9,797 bases of DNA from Zygophlyctis sp. KS116. Lineage: Eukaryota > Fungi > Chytridiomycota. The translations under genes and the position numbers were made by a program. Where the stretch lies: assembly GCA_054661495.1 (NCBI GenBank), contig BAAFSQ010000343.1, forward strand, positions 1 through 9,797, in the 5' to 3' direction. Shown here in pieces: positions 7,801 through 9,797 of this stretch. The notes under the pieces were generated by a model. The model was not told the origin of the DNA and did not search any database. It saw only the letters and a list, made by a program, of their open reading frames with translations. Position 1 is the stretch's first letter, and each line of letters begins with the position of its first letter.

Positions 7801-9796
7801 TTGCAGCGATATTCTTTAAATCGTCACAAGTTAAAGAAGGCAAACAAAGAGGAATCATCACATTACAGAGTACAGAAGGTCTTATTTCCGTGAAAAGGGT
7901 AATTGCATTCAAAACCGCCTTGCGGAAAAGCTCACAGTGATCATTAGAAAGCAGTTTTAGGGAGCCTTCAACCACATTAGAAGCATTATTCCACCAAAAG
8001 TGAATTTTAGTTGCACCATGTTTGTCTATGATTGTCGATGGGGTAATTTTCATTTTGAAACACATTCGAATCCAGGCATCTAATCCAACCGACTCGCAAA
8101 CTAAAGGATGGGTTGTGTAAATGACCATTTTTAGCAATAGCATTTCTAGTTGATTCTCTAAAGATGGTGAGAGAATGAGTGATTGAATAAAATCATAAAT
8201 TCGAACTCCAAAATCATTTGAAGATCGAACTTTTTTCACAGGCCAAGCTAAAGACTCTTCAACGACTGGCTTAGTACTGTATTCCAAAAGGAATAGTCCA
8301 AGAGAGGTACACATATTATCAATAAGGTTCAATTTGTTGGCACAATTTTCCACAATTTGCTTCACTAGCTGTAATTGAGAACGATAACATTCAGACGGTG
8401 AAAACACCACTGATCTAATGATAGATTCTGAAATAACAATAGAAGCTTTATCAAATTTAAAACCAGGATTTGCTAAAAGATTAGAGATTGTAGTTGAGTA
8501 GATTGTAAAATCATTTCCTGACTCTAAAAACTTTGAGCTAAGTTTATGATTATAGAGAAAAAAATCCGAATCTTGCAAGATATCTGGTATTTTGTCAGAT
8601 TTATAAAGCACTAAAAATGCCACTGCTAATACACCTTCCATATATGATCTAGTTTCCTTTTTAGTATCCAAAATAGAAATCCCAAGTTTTTGAACTTCCT
8701 TGATAGTCTCAAAGCTTATTTCCAGAAAGTCTTGTAAAGAATTTCCAAAATTCAAGTTCAATCTCTGTAATTCAACCAAGAGTGTAAAAAACAGAACACT
8801 TATTGCAGATTTTGAATTATTTAACCCATTAATCAAATCTGCTGTAAAAGACAATTCTTCATCTCCAAAAGCAGCTTTAGAATGCCTTGAAAAAATCTGT
8901 ATTAAATTCAAGAGTGCAGTCTCATTACTCTCCTTTGTCAGACCCTTTATAGACTGAATCAAGTATCTAGAAATCTCTTTTTCAACTTGAAAACAACCCA
9001 ATATAGAAAAATACAATACCCGTTGTTCTATATTAGCTTTTGCTACAACATTAATCTAATAATTCTAATTACGTATTATATTCTTAACCATCCCATCTAT
9101 AACCCCCTTTATCCTTTCAAAATCTTTAGAATACTTTACCAAAACCGATAATAACCCCACAGAATCATTTTTAACAGTTATATTTGTAGATTTAACCTGA
9201 TCTAAAACATTAAAAATTCTGTAATTACTAGAAAGATAATCCAATTTTTTCAACAATACTTGACTTGTATCCAGCTTATTCCCACATAAATCCACTACAT
9301 GTTCCAAACCTATTTTTTTAAGATTTAGATAAAATATACTTTTTAGTATAGATTCCGGAGATCTTAAAAACTGTTTTTCCGCTTTTTCCAAGACTAGATC
9401 CAATTTTTGATTATTTGTTATAAATAACAAGAGAAATTCATTAAAATTTCCTAATTGCAGAGTTGAGAATTTCGAGTTTGATTTTAGTATAGTCTCTACA
9501 AAATAATTAAAAACAATTTCCAAATCAACTACTTCCCTTGCCTGATGAAAAACAAAAGGAAATAAAAATATTGCACTACTATCCAACTTTATGAGTCTAT
9601 TTAGAACCAAAAGACAATCATTTCCCAATTGTAAACATTTCCTTGATTGTAATTTACAACATTTCCTATAAATCACAGTTTCAGAGAGATCCATGAGCAG
9701 TGAAGCATGCATTTGTAAATCAGAATTTGGGAATTCATTCAGCGAGAGTTTAAACAGTTCAAAACTTGTCTTGTAATCCCTCATTTTTGACAAAAT
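1807..9796 (-). CDS. GCN1: Translational activator GCN1 (HEAT-repeat activator of eIF2-alpha kinase GCN2); complement(join(1807..2040,2071..2259,2289..2457,2482..2563,2589..2822,2848..2954,2983..3197,3225..6514,6542..7180,7213..9042,9073..9201,9229..9309,9340..>9796)), about 2551 aa visible, probably 5'-partial
   Basis: GCN1 motifs occur in order across the fragments: FLRSPE; IWSLPEGEVY...EKWEMELKKEL...[160 protein letters not shown]. All exon phases are mutually consistent (7656 nt = 2552 codons including stop). The frame is open to the window edge; first in-window ATG is at 9784. Confidence 0.96.
2041..2070 (-). other. GCN1 intron, 30 nt
   Basis: gtactctttaacatatactaatcaagacag; contains an in-frame TAA; ACTAAT branch motif; joins KMNHS|LLDLEK. 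Confidence 0.88.
2260..2288 (-). other. GCN1 intron, 29 nt
   Basis: gtatgaaatgtatctttctaattatatag; resolves stop and frame change; joins SHDK|TAISH; CTAAT branch motif. Confidence 0.9.
2458..2481 (-). other. GCN1 intron, 24 nt, in-frame and stop-free
   Basis: gtatgtttttttcgctaatcgtag; canonical GTATGT donor and GCTAAT branch motif; spliced product ELLSNYVF. Confidence 0.85.
2564..2588 (-). other. GCN1 intron, 25 nt
   Basis: gtgaaaaatttgcgattaattttag; joins the frames of ORFs 2464..2829 and 2283..2597 as QDGEDYVREYATKCFG. Confidence 0.92.
2823..2847 (-). other. GCN1 intron, 25 nt
   Basis: gtatatttcttaaaactcatgctag; restores IRDTAAKCLSYL. Confidence 0.92.
2955..2982 (-). other. GCN1 intron, 28 nt
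   Basis: gtaagattatatagttttattcaactag; restores conserved [28 protein letters not shown]. Confidence 0.93.
3198..3224 (-). other. GCN1 intron, 27 nt
   Basis: gtgactaattttctttttaataactag; its terminal TAG is the stop of the 1325-aa ORF; restores LNLPK|GLNPFLPIFLQGL. Confidence 0.93.
6515..6541 (-). other. GCN1 intron, 27 nt, in-frame and stop-free
   Basis: CAG|gtaatactaaaaaaattcatatattag; removal turns NLTGNTKKIHILVHEISAVR into NLTVHEISAVR, matching HEAT-repeat spacing recalled from orthologues. Confidence 0.82.
7181..7212 (-). other. GCN1 intron, 32 nt
   Basis: gtaagagttttactcacaaatttaatcatcag; joins the 615-aa and 1325-aa ORFs in frame (NNYSEFLLKLIK). Confidence 0.92.
9043..9072 (-). other. 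GCN1 intron, 30 nt
   Basis: gtaattagaattattagattaatgttgtag; contains in-frame stops; spliced KNIIPKANIEQRVLYFSILG. Confidence 0.88.
9202..9228 (-). other. GCN1 intron, 27 nt, in-frame and stop-free
   Basis: gtaattacagaatttttaatgttttag; TTAAT branch motif; spliced DYLSNQVKSTN. Confidence 0.78.
9310..9339 (-). other. GCN1 intron, 30 nt, in-frame and stop-free
   Basis: gtatattttatctaaatcttaaaaaaatag; very AT-rich; spliced LRSPESILKSLEHVV. Confidence 0.75.
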
Positions 9797-9797
9797 T

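Noticed and set aside
8700-8957. 85-aa plus-strand ORF
   Set aside because: Antisense shadow of GCN1 with a TTG start.
922-9339. Introns as a recently spread introner or mobile repeat family
   Set aside because: They share length and AT richness but no sequence similarity, terminal inverted repeats or consistent target-site duplications.
1807-9793. GCN1 as a fragmented pseudogene, several separate genes, or a case of frameshifting or stop-codon reassignment
   Set aside because: Every stop and frame change coincides with a GT-AG segment of 25-32 nt whose removal restores the frame, and the long exons have no stops under the standard code.
1-9797. eIF3e and GCN1 as a functional translation-control gene cluster
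   Set aside because: Two translation genes near each other in a compact genome, separated by an unrelated gene, is plausible by chance; conserved synteny would be needed.

Overview
This is eukaryotic, AT-rich, very compact genomic DNA, most likely from a flagellated early-diverging fungus or close relative (inferred from a fungal-type GCN1 plus a ciliary microtubule-inner-protein gene). Three genes fill the window: (1) a divergent, shortened eIF3 subunit e (INT6) on +, join(1..921,948..1088); (2) a C20orf85/LLC1/CIMIP1-like ciliary protein on +, join(1155..1216,1242..1317,1345..1740); (3) GCN1 on -, 13 exons from 1807 to the window edge, probably 5'-incomplete. The fragmented ORF track is explained by 15 hand-reconstructed GT-AG introns, all only 24-32 nt long (mean about 27.5). 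They have degenerate donors, a YTAAT branch-like motif very close to the 3' AG and no room for a polypyrimidine tract. Five are in-frame and stop-free, so they are hidden inside the ORFs. Both intergenic gaps are 66 nt. I saw no mobile elements, RNA genes or repeats. All intron calls are manual and need RNA-seq confirmation.
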